From NCBI RefSeq assembly GCF_009914755.1, contig NC_060944.1: a stretch of DNA of 64,000 bases; one strand, written 5' to 3'. This document shows, piece after piece, positions 1 through 15,002 of this stretch (position 1 is its first letter; the number at the start of each line of letters is the position of its first letter). Under the pieces are notes generated by a model, which worked only from the letters and a program-made list of their open reading frames with translations, searched no databases and was not told the DNA's origin. A program made the position numbers and the translations under genes. Origin of the DNA: the human T2T-CHM13v2.0 reference genome, Homo sapiens.

Positions 1-2772
1 ACTTTAATCATGCTTAATGAACACTTGCTCTGAAGCTCTGGCTAGCAGCCAGCTGATACCTGGATGCTCCAAACTTCAGAAGTTGTACAGCTCAGCGGCT
101 CTGGTAAATTCAATTCAATCTTGAAATTAAAATGTTGCAGAGACAGTTTCTGATATTGTTTTCCAGAAAATTGGCCTTAATAGAGTAAAAATAACATTCA
201 TATTTAATCTTCTTTCCTTTTCCTCTAAGTAATTTAAGGAAAAGTTAACTTAGTTTACCAAGGCCCAAGGCAATGCTCAGCTACATTAAAATAAAATATA
301 ATAAAGCCTTCTTAAAATACATTTTTCTGAATTCTATCTCAAATCTATAAAATCAGGACCTTTGAAATTGAGGAATTAATGTTTTACAATTCCCCAAAAA
401 TAATTTTTATACACTCTCAGGTTATATTGCCTTGGTGCTTAATAGTTGTTTTTTTTTTTTCACTTTTCCTTTCTTCTAATCTCATAGTTAAGTTGAATCA
501 GATTGCCCTATTCTTTTGGCAATCTAAAGGAAACATATTTGCATGTACACCCTGTAGAACAGTATTTACTTAAGTCTAGGTTTAATAGAAAATAATAAGT
601 CTAATAAGAAGCCCAAGTTCCTATAATAAAAATGAAACAATAAATGCATAGAAATATGAGGAAGAAATTACACCCATTAAATGCACCTAGCCTGATGAGT
701 GATAGGATGGCTGCTTATTCAAGTTGGAAATTTTACACATGATCGAAGCTTTATTTAGTCTAATGGAATGTGCTTCCTGAATCTGGCTTCTAACTAAGCC
801 AGGGCACAATAGCAAGTATTATGTGATTGGACTGAGCTCATTCCCTTCTCTGAGTCATTGTGACTCAGTCTTGACTGCCTCTTTCTCTCAGGTAGCCTAT
901 CACCTTACTTTTCCCCTCTGGTTTAGAAATTCATTCAGAATGTTACAGAAACCAACTTGACTATCCTTATACATCATGGGTTACCGCTCCCGTCTTTCTC
1001 TAAGAACTTCTGGAATCACTTGGAATATTTAGCCTTATTTTACAGTTTAGAAAACATAAGCTCAGTGATTTATGGAGATAAAATTCACAGAAAGTGTCCC
1101 ACTAGTGGCCAAGATAAGCCTGTCTCACTGCTAGAGGATCACATGGGTGGATGAATGCCATGCTAATTACACCAGCAAAGTAGAGATGACTCCAAAATAT
1201 TTTTTAGGATAATTTAATATTTGTAATTCTCAAAAAACAATATTAAATATATAATCTTTAGAGGTTTCTGAGCACTCATATATGTCCTTACATTTATTAG
1301 TCTTTATTTTGACATATTTAGAGAGGTAGGGATGTATCAAAATCAAATTGTAACTTGTGGCTTCTGAATGTTCTTAATCCAAACATTTCCTGTCTTCATG
1401 TATTGCTTAGCCACTGAGCATAAACCCATAAGATATAGTACAAGGAAAGCATTGTCAGGATGCTCATATATCCTGGAAATAATTTTGGTTTTCCCACTGG
1501 TCACCCTGGGTTGTCCATGCAATCATCCAAGTCAATGCTAAAGTTTCAAATTGTTTTGAGGATCTGAATTAAGGAAACTTAATATTAGAAGAAATATACT
1601 CCATTCCCAGACAGGCTCTCAAGGCTAACACATTTCTAATGCAGATGTAAAGGTTATTTATTGGTCAAGAGTATTATAAAGTGGCCTATCTACTATAGCT
1701 TTTAGACTTTCCAGGAAAGTGTCAAATCACCCTGCCTTTGTTCAAATACTCTGTTTAGGTCTTGCCTTTCTAAGACTTCTCTTTATATACTGCATCTCTG
1801 AGTGTGTCCCTACACAACAAGGAGATGTTAGGCTCTTACCATCAATGGAAGAAGAATCCCATGTTTCTCTCAAGTCATCTTCCTCCAAAATTCAATATGA
1901 GTTCATTCTGGGCCACTGATCTGACTATGAATTCTGGGAAGTGTGCAGTTATCAGATAGTGATCTAGAATTCATACAACCTACAAAAGACATTGTTTATA
2001 ATAACTTAAACCACATCACAAGTTTCCCCTCCCCTGGAGACTGTAGTGAAAGCAGAGCATCATTAGGCAAGACACCTGATAGAAACATTAGATGTTGGTT
2101 CTGGTTCCCCAACAATAAAAAATTCACAAGGACTTTAGCCTTGCTGACCACATTGCTAGAGTTGTTGACATTGTAGGGCTTTGTGGATAGTCCAGGCTGA
2201 CTTCCATCTATTTCCCACCTACAGTCCTTGACATCTTCCATGCCACTGTCACATTGCTGAGTTCAGGGTGAGAACTCCCTCTTCTTCCCTCTAGCATTAA
2301 CTTGTAATCATATTGATCAGGTCTCTGACAAAGAAGTCTTGGTGACTTAGTTTGGTATAATTCTTTTAGCATAACCACCACATTTAACTCATTTTTCCTT
2401 TTTTTTTTTATAGTCTCCAGTTCTGTTTGGAAATACAGGTTGGCTTCTCTTGGAGATAGTTCTAAAGATGATATGAGTAAAAATACACAGTTGGACACAT
2501 TGAACAATTCCCTTGCAGCTTAAAATGTCTGGACTAAGCTGAGTTTCTTCTGAATCTAGAATGTAAGCACTGGGGTAGCAGATTGGGAAGAATATAAATT
2601 CATTGAAATGTAAGTTACCACATGAAAAATTCCACTCTCCAAACAACCAATTTGCTGAGAGCAAATCTGGCTGCCACTTGCATATGAACATTGATTGTTC
2701 AAGAACTATCTAGGGCTCTTAAAATGGGAAAGCTATTTTTTTCTTACCCTGTATTATCTGAAAATCACTACT

Positions 2773-3140
2773 TGATATGGTTTGGCCATGCCCCCCACCC
2801 AAATTTCATCTTGAATTGTAGCTCCCATAATTCCCACATGTTGTGGGAGGAGCCCAGTGGGAGATAATTGAATCATCAGGGTGGTTTCACTCATACTGTT
2901 CTCGTGATAGTGAATAAGTCTCACAAGATCTGATGGCTTTATAAGAAGGAGTTTCCCTGCACAAGCTCTCTCTTTGCCTGCTGCCATCCATGTAAGACAT
3001 GACTTGCTCCTCCTTGCCTTCTGCCACGTTGTGAGGTCTCCCCAGCAACGTGGAACTGTAAGTCCATTAAACTTCTTTCTTTTGTAAATTGCCCAGCCTT
3101 GGGTATGTGTTTATCAGCAGCATGAAAAAGGACTAATACA
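2773..3140 (+). mobile_element. THE1 (MaLR) solo LTR
   Basis: Starts TGATATGGTTTGG and ends GACTAATACA. Typical THE1 body (GTGAATAAGTCTCACAAGATCTGATGG). Perfect 5-bp TSD CTACT at 2768-2772 and 3141-3145. Confidence 0.96.
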
Positions 3141-3504
3141 CTACTAAATCAAAGCAATTTAATTGTACTTTATTTTTTACAAAGTATAAGTAATTTCACC
3201 ACTGTCTTTTTACTTCTTGTTTTCCACTGTGATGAAACCTGTATATAATTTAAACAAGCAAATAATTAAGTAAATAAGTCAACAAATAAATCTCAAAAAA
3301 CAGAATTTTCAGTGGTCCAAAGAAGCAATATAAATTATATAATACAATAAATACACACAAACACAGCATCTTTAATACAATTCACTGACTTTCTCTATAA
3401 CTTTAATAGATAATAGTACAGTTCAGTTGAATGTAGATTAATTTAGTACTTTGGATTTGTGAACTGTTCTCAATCATTTACCATTTTATAGATAAATGAG
3501 AAGT

Positions 3505-3919
3505 TGTATTAGCATCGCTGAGATATCAAATGATCCTCATATTTTAGTGGCTTAAATCACAAATATTTATGCCTTGCTCACATTTCATGTCAACTAACTT
3601 GGGACTGTCCCATTGTATTTCTTCTCATTCCGGCACTGACAGTCAAGGAGAAGTGCTCTTTTGGCTTTGCTATTCTCTTGGAAAAGGAAAAAAGATGAAA
3701 GCCATTTGTGCAGTATCCTCTAATGCTTCTATTTACACATCAAGACGGTTTATATTCCATTGAACAAAGCAAGTCATGACAAGGTTCAAAATGAAGGGGG
3801 CAGCAAAGCACATTCCTCCCTTGGAAAAGCACAGAAATCACATAGCAACAGATGATGGTACATATTCTTACAGGCCAAGGAGGCATGAATAATTGAGAAC
3901 AGCAATATAATCTAATACA
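3505..3919 (-). mobile_element. Old MLT1-type MaLR LTR
   Basis: TGTATTAG...TTAGTGGCTTAAA...GCAAGTCA...AATCTAATACA, the reverse-strand MLT1 pattern. Highly diverged. Confidence 0.65.
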
Positions 3920-4264
3920 AAATTATTTTTCTTAAATGCCATTATTTTTTCCTGGATATAGAAAAATGAAGAAGATGAAGCTTCATTACTGATATACCAA
4001 TTTTACTTGATTCTGGGTTTATATTTGTAAACAAGAGTGGAAGATTTCATGTGAGCTTGAATATGGATGTAGTCAGGGGCATGAGCCTGATGAATTAAAT
4101 AGGTCAGCATATATAACATAATACAAAGGAAGACAGAAAACCATCCTGCAGTTTATGTTATTCTTTCCATTCGTGTTATATAAAACACTGGAAGTTAAGA
4201 TGCACTAGAAGTTTCTGTTTCAAAAATGACAGTGGGCTGTACAATCACAACATAAATTGTTATA

Positions 4265-4714
4265 TGTATCAATTAGTAATGACTGTGTACCAATCCTACC
4301 CAAATCTCAGTGGCTTAAAATAATAAGATTTGTTATTTTCTTAAGTAGATGGAAAGATCATGAGGGTTTTATTCTCTTAGCTGTATTCACTCATACATCT
4401 GCAGTCAGGTTTTTCCACCTATTTGGAATGCAGCTGGATGCATGTAGACTGACCTAGACAGATTACAGCTGAGGCAATTGGTTTGTCATCCATATCTCTC
4501 ATTCTTCAATAGGACAGCCTAGGCTCATTCACATAGCAGTGACAGGGTTCCAAGAAACAGAGCAGAAGTTGCGAGGTGTCTTGAGGCCTGGCTTGGAACT
4601 TGCACAACAGCACTTTTGCAATCATAGCAATTCACAAGATGAGCCCAAATTCAAGGAAAAGGGAAATAGGCCCTACCACTTGAAGGTAGAAGCCAAGATA
4701 TCATATTGCAAAAG
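4265..4714 (-). mobile_element. MLT1 MaLR LTR, first part (interrupted by L1; last bases at 7381-7404)
   Basis: TGTATCAATTAG...CCCAAATCTCAGTGGCTTAAAA...CATATTGCAAA. The terminal motif CATTTTTATAATCAATCTACTGCA resumes at 7381. Confidence 0.8.
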
Positions 4715-4719
4715 ATAAT

Positions 4720-7380
<2,661 letters not shown>

Positions 7381-7534
7381 CATTTTTATAATCAATCTAC
7401 TGCATCATACATAGCAATCATTAATAAAAATAATTTTTGATTAATTCATAAATTGTATGAATGGTTATTCTACATCTTTTTAGAATATAAATTGTTCATC
7501 ATGTAATGGTTGGCTAGTTTAACTTTGGGGAAAT

Positions 7535-7632
7535 CTGAAGCCCTAGGGACTATATATTTATGTTGTTTACTTTTACATCCTCAGCACCTGATACATATTA
7601 AGTGCTCAATAAGTTTCCTTCCACAAATGAAT
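7535..7632 (+). mobile_element. L2 3' end fragment
   Basis: CAGCACCTGATACATATTAAGTGCTCAATAA...AATGAAT. Confidence 0.6.
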
Positions 7633-8400
7633 AGACAAGCTTAAATTCATCCCTACTAAAATATTTAAAAAATAAAAATATTAATTATTGTGCCAAGAGA
7701 CTCAGAAGTTCTTCAGGATACTTCTCAGTTTTTTAAGGTGTTTTCTTTTTTCCTCTTATTCTTGATCATCGTTTTCCTAGACCTTGATGGTAACACTTGG
7801 AAAAATAGAAAAGTATAAAAAAAGTGTATCTACTTCCTACTCTCTTTTAGTACTCTTTAGCTGATATAAAAGCACTAACTTACATTACCATATCGGCTTA
7901 TTGCTGGAAGTCTCCATGAGAAACGGGAGATTCTAGGGGAAGGCAGTTCAGTGATGGGGAGACAGGGAGAGAGAGAGTTCTTTAGTTTTTATGTGTAGTT
8001 TTGGTATCTTCTTTTCTGTATGCATTTAATTACTTCACACTGAATGCAAAGTAAAATTTTTTTGAAGACAAACATTCCACATGTATTTTCATGCCTTTAT
8101 TCTTGTTCTAGCCTGAAAGTGCATACTTCTGTGTAAAGTTCATTTTACCATTTCCTGTCATAGTTTATATCCACACGCACAACTGACTTGGATGTTTTTA
8201 TTGAAGTGAATCATTAATTTGCCAGTAAACCACTATTAAACTTTATTAAGAAATCAGTTATTTCTCAATCATCTATTTAAATAATTGCCCCTTTTAATTA
8301 AGGTTTTGAACCAGCGTGGCCTAATTCAACGGCATTATCCACACAAGTAGTGTACTTGAAAACCAACAATATCAATAACAACAGAAATAATTTAAGATTG

Positions 8401-9662
8401 TGTTTCAGGAAAGACTCTCTTGAACTGTGTGTTTCCTCTGATTTCATACCATAACAATCATCAACATAGAAGACTTCTGTAACCAAAGATGTGGGTTTTT
8501 ATTTCTCTACAAGCCAAGCAGTGGACACCAGCTGAGTGTCCCCCAGTTCAATTCCAATGCTATCTACCTAGAGATAACATCAGATGCCACAGAGTGGGGG
8601 CTTTGTCTCCAAGCCTGCCTTCCTCCAACTCTTTAAAAATTTTTATTTTTAAGTTCCAAGGTACATGTCTAGGATGTGTAGGTTTGTTACATAGGTAAAT
8701 GTGTGCCATGGTGGTTTGCTGCACCTATCAACCCATCACCTAGGTATTAAGCCCAGCATGCATTAGCTATTTTTCCTAAATAGGAAAATATTTAGGAAAA
8801 ATATTTCCCCACCCCCTGACAGGCCCCAGTGTGTGTTGTTCCCCCAGCCCTGTGTCCGTGCATTCTCATTGTTCAGCTACCACTCATAAGTGAGAACATG
8901 CAGTGTTTGTGTTTCTGTTCCTGAGTTAGTTTGCTGAGGATAACGGCTTCCAGCACCATCCACGTCCCTGCAAAAAACATGATCTCATTCCTTTTTATCT
9001 GCCCCTCACCTCTTTAGACACCAGTTTCACATCTAGGCCTTTGAGACTTCTGACTGGCTGACTTCAAGTTGAAGTTCCCACAACCCTCTCTTTGGGTTGG
9101 ATTAATTTGTTAGAGAAGCTCACAGAACTCAGGGAAACATATTTACTGGCTTATTATAAACAACATTATAAAGGACACAGATGAAGAGATGAGTAAGGAG
9201 AGGTAAGGGAAAAGGGGTATGGAGCTTCCATGTCCTCCCTGGGCAGCCACCTTTGTCCAGCCATCCAGAAGCTCTCAGAACTCTGTCCTTTTGGGTTCTT
9301 ATGGAGGCTTCATTACATAGGCATAATTGACAACCATGTAGAAACATGATTGGACAAAAAGGGCATGATTTAAACCCAGCAAAGCTTGTCTGTTCAGACT
9401 TCCTTGGCCTCTTTGGGTAGCATTCCTTCCTCTAGGGTCTGGGGAAGAACTCTGGCTGGAACGAGGGTCTTTTGACTCACAATCAGATTAGAGTCCTGCC
9501 TTGGGCAGGTGAAAGGGGGACAGAAGAAGGTCAGAGAGAAAGAGACAGATTTTGTTTCCTGAGGCCTGAAGTGCCCCAACATTATAATGAAAGACCATGG
9601 CAGGGGTTATGGGAGTTATAAGCCAGGAACCATGGACACACACAAATATATAAAATATCACA
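8401..9662 (-). mobile_element. MER21-like ERV1 LTR (split by L1PA at 8637-8998)
   Basis: GTGGACACCAGCTGAGTGTCC...TATCTACCTAGAGATAACATCAGAT, GGGAAACATATTTACTGG, GGGAGTTATAAGCCAGGAACCATGG...AATATCACA. Confidence 0.85.
8637..8998 (-). mobile_element. L1PA (about PA8-PA10) 3' fragment, 5'-truncated
   Basis: GGTTTGTTACATAGGTAAATGTGTGCCATGGTGGTTTGCTGCACCTATCAACCC...GTGAGAACATGCAG. Degenerate TSD CTGCC..CCTC...TCTTTA at 8615-8635 and 8999-9016. Confidence 0.93.
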
Positions 9663-9954
9663 AATTGACTGTCTCAGAGGAAAACTGTCTTGACTAATTC
9701 TTTTCTTTGAAAAAGCTGTTACTTTTCTGTAATAAAATTGTTTAAATTTCCACCACTATGGAATTCCATGGAAACTGAAATACCAAGTAATACTGGTGCA
9801 CACTGGTTTTGTGAAGACAAGGGCAGCTTTCTTGTCTTCCTGTTATGAACTCAGGGTTAGAAGACAAGGCTTTGCTCCTGGAATGTCAGTTTCTTTATTT
9901 CAAAATGAGAATAAGAAGACTCATTTTGTTTCGTACTCTCTTCCCCTGCCCCCA

Positions 9955-10298
9955 TTTTATTAAGGTATAATTAACAAATAAAAAATGTATACATGTATTG
10001 TGTACAACATGATGTTTGATGTTTTGATATATGAATACATAGTAAAATGATTAAGTCAAACTAATTAACATATTCATCCTCTCAAATACTTATTTTTTTT
10101 TTCTGGTTAAATCTACTTTTTTTTAGCAATTTTCAAGCAAAGAACACATTATTATTAACTGTAGTCACCATGCTCTACAATAGATCTCCAGAACTTATTA
10201 ATCCTGAGTATAAAACATACTGCATATTAACTATATTTATACTTTGACTTCAGCTACACCAATTGTCAGCATTGATAACTGAAACTTTGTACCCTTTT
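9955..10298 (-). mobile_element. L1MA 3' end fragment, interrupted by a 70-bp non-L1 insert
   Basis: GTACAACATGATGTTT...ATTATTAACTGTAGTCACCATGCTCTACAATAGATCTCCAGAACTTATT, resuming TAACTGAAACTTTGTACCCTTT at 10276. Confidence 0.88.
10206..10275 (+). repeat. 70-bp dispersed direct repeat, copy 1 (copy 2 at 14752-14821)
   Basis: Ungapped alignment with 61/70 identities. Confidence 0.95.
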
Positions 10299-10947
10299 AC
10301 TTGTTTCATTTCTTTCTAAGTGGTATAAAGTCAGCCTTAATTGTGGACCCATAAGACAGGTACCACTTGTGGAGCTGAAATAAGTTATATGATTTTTATG
10401 GTGGCAAAGCAAGTAATATAGGGAGCAAAAGGAATTTTCCATGGTTTGCTGATGACTGAGTGCATGAAAAGATAAATTTAATCTGATGGCTATTAATACA
10501 GACAACTCTGGGTAGACCAAATCTAATAAACCCTAAGCAAATATTTAATCAATATATTGTGGTTTGAATAAAGGAGACTGAAAATGCTTTAGCCCAGGGT
10601 TCGGTGTAATCATGCTGACCGCAGTTCTGAGAGCTGGTTGCTGTCTAAGGAGAATGATGATCAGTGTTTCCCAGACGCATCAGTCTAACACTAAATCCAC
10701 CTATTTGACCAGCCCTATTAAAACCGTATCAATCACTGGAAACTGTATTCCCAGACTGTGCTATTTAAATTGCTACTTAAAAATCAGCATTTTCCATTAT
10801 GCTAAACATCTCAACCCATTCGTTCTGCAAAGCAATGTTTTATTTTTAAACACTGGTTTATTACACATCGAGGAATCAGTCTATACATAACTCTAGAGAA
10901 CATTCTTCTTTCCCCTTTAATTTTAGAAGCAAAAAGAACCAGGTCAT

Positions 10948-11403
10948 TGTGGTCTATTGTTGTATCATACTCATTATTCAGTCTCCTCTTGTGAGAAAAT
11001 TATAACCCTCAACTTGCTGCCATGCAAATTACAGTGACTTCCCTTGGAGGGAGGACTTCCTTAGCTCAGTAACATCACTCTGCCCATGTGACTTGCTTTC
11101 ATCAGTGGAATGTGACCAAAGTAATGCATGCCATATCTATAGTTTTAAGTCATTTATGATTCAATCATCTCCATTTTTCTTTTGCTATCAGAAGGGTATG
11201 TCCCAAAGAAGGGCCGATTCTACATCTTGGATTCTGGGATGAAGAATGTGTATCAAGCAGATTTGTAGTTAACGTGCAGCTTCCATAGCCCAAATATGAG
11301 GCAAAGAAGAAAGTAATTGATATAAACCTTCGTAGCTCGGAGTTGCTGGGTTTTGGAAGCTGTTGGTTGTTGCAGCATAATGTAGTAAATATTGGCTTAC
11401 ACA
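10948..11403 (+). mobile_element. Old MLT1 MaLR LTR
   Basis: CCCATGTGACTTGCTTTCATCAGTGGAATGTGA...TTTTGGAAGCTGTTGGTTGTTGCAGCATAA...ACACA. Confidence 0.75.
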
Positions 11404-11682
11404 TTTAGCAAGGATTCTGAACACAGTGAGAAAAAAACATTTTCTTAGAAACTTGGTGATAGCCAAGATCTTTCTTAAGCTAGATTTATATTTATCTATT
11501 TATTATTTTTGCAAACATACAAAACATTTCTACATTGTGAAACTTCTTCCTTTAAAAATACTACTTATGACACATAGGTTGATACTTCATTTTTAAATAT
11601 CAAGATTGTGTTATATTCTCTACCAGGTCCTTATAAATATTTCCAAGTCTTAAAATACCCCACTGAGAAGTTACTTTGGAGC

Positions 11683-11770
11683 TCTATTTTACAGAGAAGG
11701 AAGTTGTGACTCGGAGGTGACATTCTACAAGCCACAAAGACACGGTTAGGATTTCAACCCATGCCACAGC
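11683..11770 (-). mobile_element. MIR fragment
   Basis: CTATTTTACAGAGAAGGAAG...GGATTTCAACCCA core. Confidence 0.55.
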
Positions 11771-13001
11771 CCCCATCCATGCACATTTTATCACCTCTGT
11801 CACTTCATAATCTTTCAAATTAAATGATGTTTTAATTATTCAGCCAACCCCCACCAACTCCTCCAGAGCTCCATTTGAAGGATAAATTAGTCTTTAACAG
11901 TTTTTTTCAATGCCAACATTCTGATGGTGTATCACCTTTTCCCTATTTATCTTAGACATGGAACATTTCCATATTCCACTGTAATCATGCAGATTTCAAG
12001 GATGTAATTTAGAAAATTAGACAAAAATTTTAGTAGGATGGAGTTTTCTTTAGTTTCCTTTTATTAATATTTGCATTTCTGTTATTTCTAATAACAAAAG
12101 TAATTCACTTTTTTCTTGTAGAAAATTGAAAAATGCATCAAAGCTGTAAAACTAAAGAGTGCCGTGATTGATGCATTTCTCTGAGTATAATTTATATTTC
12201 CATAGAAACTTTGCATAAATTCAAAAAACTATCCACAACATTGATCTAAAACTTTTAATCAATAGATTCATTTATTAGCCATTTGTTCAATACTTACTAG
12301 ATAGCTAGTCAGTGCTAGACTGGGCCTTCGGATACAGTGGATCCAACAGACAATTATCTACACTCAACATCACTTACATTCTACGTGGAAGACAGATAAT
12401 GAACTGGCTTTAAAAAGGGACAATCAAAACTATTAAATATTGGGGCATATCCCCTAAAGAAATTTATCAGGGTGAAGACAAAGATGACTCTTTTGGATAG
12501 AGTGAGTAAGAAAAGTAACAGTTGGGTTGAATTTTAAAGGATAAGAATGAATCAGCCATGCCAGGAACCGGGGAAAGACCTCCCAGTCAGAGAAAAGAGA
12601 GAGCAGAAGGCACTGACCCAGGAAAGAGTGACTTCTCCAGCAGGGACAAAAGGAGGCCAGCATTGGGTTGAAGTACAGTGAGTAAGGGTGGGAGCAGTCT
12701 TGGGTGGTGGGGAGATGGATATGAAAGTGGAGTTCATCTCAGGTGGATTCTTGTAGGACGTAACTAGGAGTTTGGATTATTTTGGGGGTCAGGGAGAAAG
12801 GGAAGCCATCAGAGCGATTACATGACTAAAGCTTTAGCATGTTCACTTCAGATGCTGCATGGCAAAATGCACCGAGAAGGCCAGAGTGGAGACTTCTATT
12901 TTATTTACATATTTTGTCTGTATTGATAGCACAGTTTCATCTTGGAAACAATGACAGTAACTTATTTTGCAACAATTTAGCTAATAGAAAAGACAGAAAA
13001 G

Positions 13002-13275
13002 GGCCAGACATGGTGGTCCACTCCTGTAATCCTAGCACTTTGGGAGGCCAAGGTGGGCAGATCACCCGAGGTCGGGAGTTGGAGATCAGCCTGACCAACA
13101 TGGCAAAACTCCATCTCTACTAAAAATAAAAAAACTAGCCCGGTGTGGTGGCAGGAGCCTGTAATCCCAGCTACTCAGGAGGCTGAGGCAGGAGAAATGA
13201 ACCTGGGAGGCAGAGGTTGCAGTGAGCCAAGATGGTGCCATTGCACTCCAGCCTGGGTGACAAGAACAAAACTCC

Positions 13276-13316
<41 letters not shown>
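13002..13316 (+). mobile_element. AluSp/Sq-like element with (CA)n tail
   Basis: GGCCAGACATGGTGG...GAGGTCGGGAGTT...CCTGACCAACATGG...GGGTGACAAGAACAAAACTCC. TSD GACAGAAAAG at 12992-13001 and 13317-13326. Confidence 0.96.
13278..13316. repeat. (CA)19 microsatellite
   Basis: Direct read. Confidence 0.99.
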
Positions 13317-13318
<2 letters not shown>

Positions 13319-13694
13319 CAGAAAAGGGGAAATTGCAACTGGGCATTTATTACAGGATTAGCTACTCTCATCTATTACTTGGATGGAGAGAAATAAATAG
13401 ATTTCAGGTTTGTTTTGGGAAGAGAATCCATAGAATTCACTGGTAAACTAGATGTGGAGTATAAGAAAAGAGCCCTCAAGCATAGTTAGCAGTTTTCTAA
13501 CTACATCGACTGTGAAAGACGTGGAAGTATTTTTCTCAGATGGGGAAGATGTGGACAAAAAAAAGCAGTGAGAGAAGAGAATGTTGGACACTGAAGGTTT
13601 TTGAGGGACAAATAGAGATATCAGGAATCAATTGTGAGGTCCAAATGTTAGGTATTGGCTAAAGACATAAATTTGAAGAACTGAGCATTTAGAC

Positions 13695-14019
13695 CAGGGG
13701 TTAGCAAACCCTTGCATGTGGGCCAAATCTAATCACTGTTTGTTGCCTTATGGCTGTGTGAATGCTTTCCATGTTTAAATGGTTGGAAAAAAATTAAAAC
13801 AAAAAAATTATGATATATGAAAATTATATGAAACTTAAATTTTAGTGTCCATAAATGAAGCTTTATTGGAACACAGCCAATATATTTGTTGATATATTAT
13901 CTATGGCTACTTTTATACTACAAAGGCAGAGTAGAGTAACTGTGATAGAGACCATATGCCCTGCAAAGTCAAAAATATTTACTATACAGCTATTTATAGA
14001 AAGACTTTGCCTATTATTA
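13695..14019 (+). mobile_element. MER58B-like hAT-Charlie DNA transposon fossil
   Basis: CAGGGGTTAGCAAAC terminus, TTTATTGGAACACAGCCA, GAGACCATATG. 8-bp TSD ATTTAGAC/ATTTAGAT. Confidence 0.88.
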
Positions 14020-14751
14020 ATTTAGATGATATTAAACCTAAGGGATTGGACTGTACAAATCCTAGAAAGTTTTGCTTTGTCTTTGCGTCCAGCAAGCCTG
14101 ATGTCCTGGAAAAATGTGGGAACCTGGAGAGAGGACCATCCATTCACTTGCCTGCTGTGAGTCTCACTTGTGGACTCTCTAAGGAAGGAACAACATCAGA
14201 AGAGAATGATAAATGACCAAAGCCAGACAGGGTCCCTGCACTGCAAGCTCCAAATTAACTCTAGAGTGAACAGATCTGCAAAGTTAAAAAAAAAAAAAAG
14301 AAAGAAAGAAAACATGGGAAAAGGGCCTTCTGTTTATTTTTTTTCCCCTTATTAATTTACCACAACCACTGTCCCACTGTCAAGTATCCCAGTTTCTGTC
14401 TGAGAAGAGCAGCTGGCAGGGACAGTGATCAAAAAGCAGTTGGAAAGCCCCAAGAAATTATGGAACCCTCATAAAAGAATCAAAGGACAATGTTTTTCAA
14501 ACCACTTGAAAAACTAAAGCCTCCATTCTGGTCATACCATTCATTGTGTTTCTCGTGGTGTGTTAACTGCAATGAAGGACATGGGCAGTTGTGGAGATTG
14601 GGGTAGAATGTTTTCAGTGAAATACCAGCCTCCTAAGTGACAAGATTCACAGGAGCCTGTGCTTTAGCATGAAAATAATGTCCTCAATGTATCTTAACTG
14701 AGAACCAGACAAGTAATTTTTTAGTAGAACTTCAAACAATTGTTTACAGTA

Positions 14752-14821
14752 GAGTATAAAACATACTGCATATTAATTATATTCACACTCCTACTTGAGC
14801 TACACCAGTTGTCAGCGTTGA
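14752..14821 (+). repeat. 70-bp dispersed direct repeat, copy 2 (putative donor)
   Basis: GAGTATAAAACATACTGCATATTAA...TTGTCAGCGTTGA, 87% identical to 10206-10275. Confidence 0.95.
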
Positions 14822-14963
14822 CTATATATTTTCTACATATTTTATAATTAATAATAATAATTCTTTTTGGGAAGGTTTAGCCAATAGAAGGGAGATGGGG
14901 TGGTGGTTAAGTACCTCAGGATTGCAACTTGAGAGTGAATGGCAAGGAAACCACTTAATCTTT

Positions 14964-14966
<3 letters not shown>

Positions 14967-15000
<34 letters not shown>
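14967..15000. repeat. (AC)17 microsatellite
   Basis: Direct read. Confidence 0.99.

Positions 15001-15002
<2 letters not shown>

Larger units (their letters stand above)
12262..14050 (-). mobile_element. Fragmented L2 (interrupted by Alu and MER58)
   Basis: ATTCATTTATT..CATTTGTTCAATACTTACT start, GGGTTGAATTTTAAAGGATAAGAA, GGAGTTTGGATTATTT, AGATGGGGAAGA, GGCTAAAGACATAAATTTG. Confidence 0.7.
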
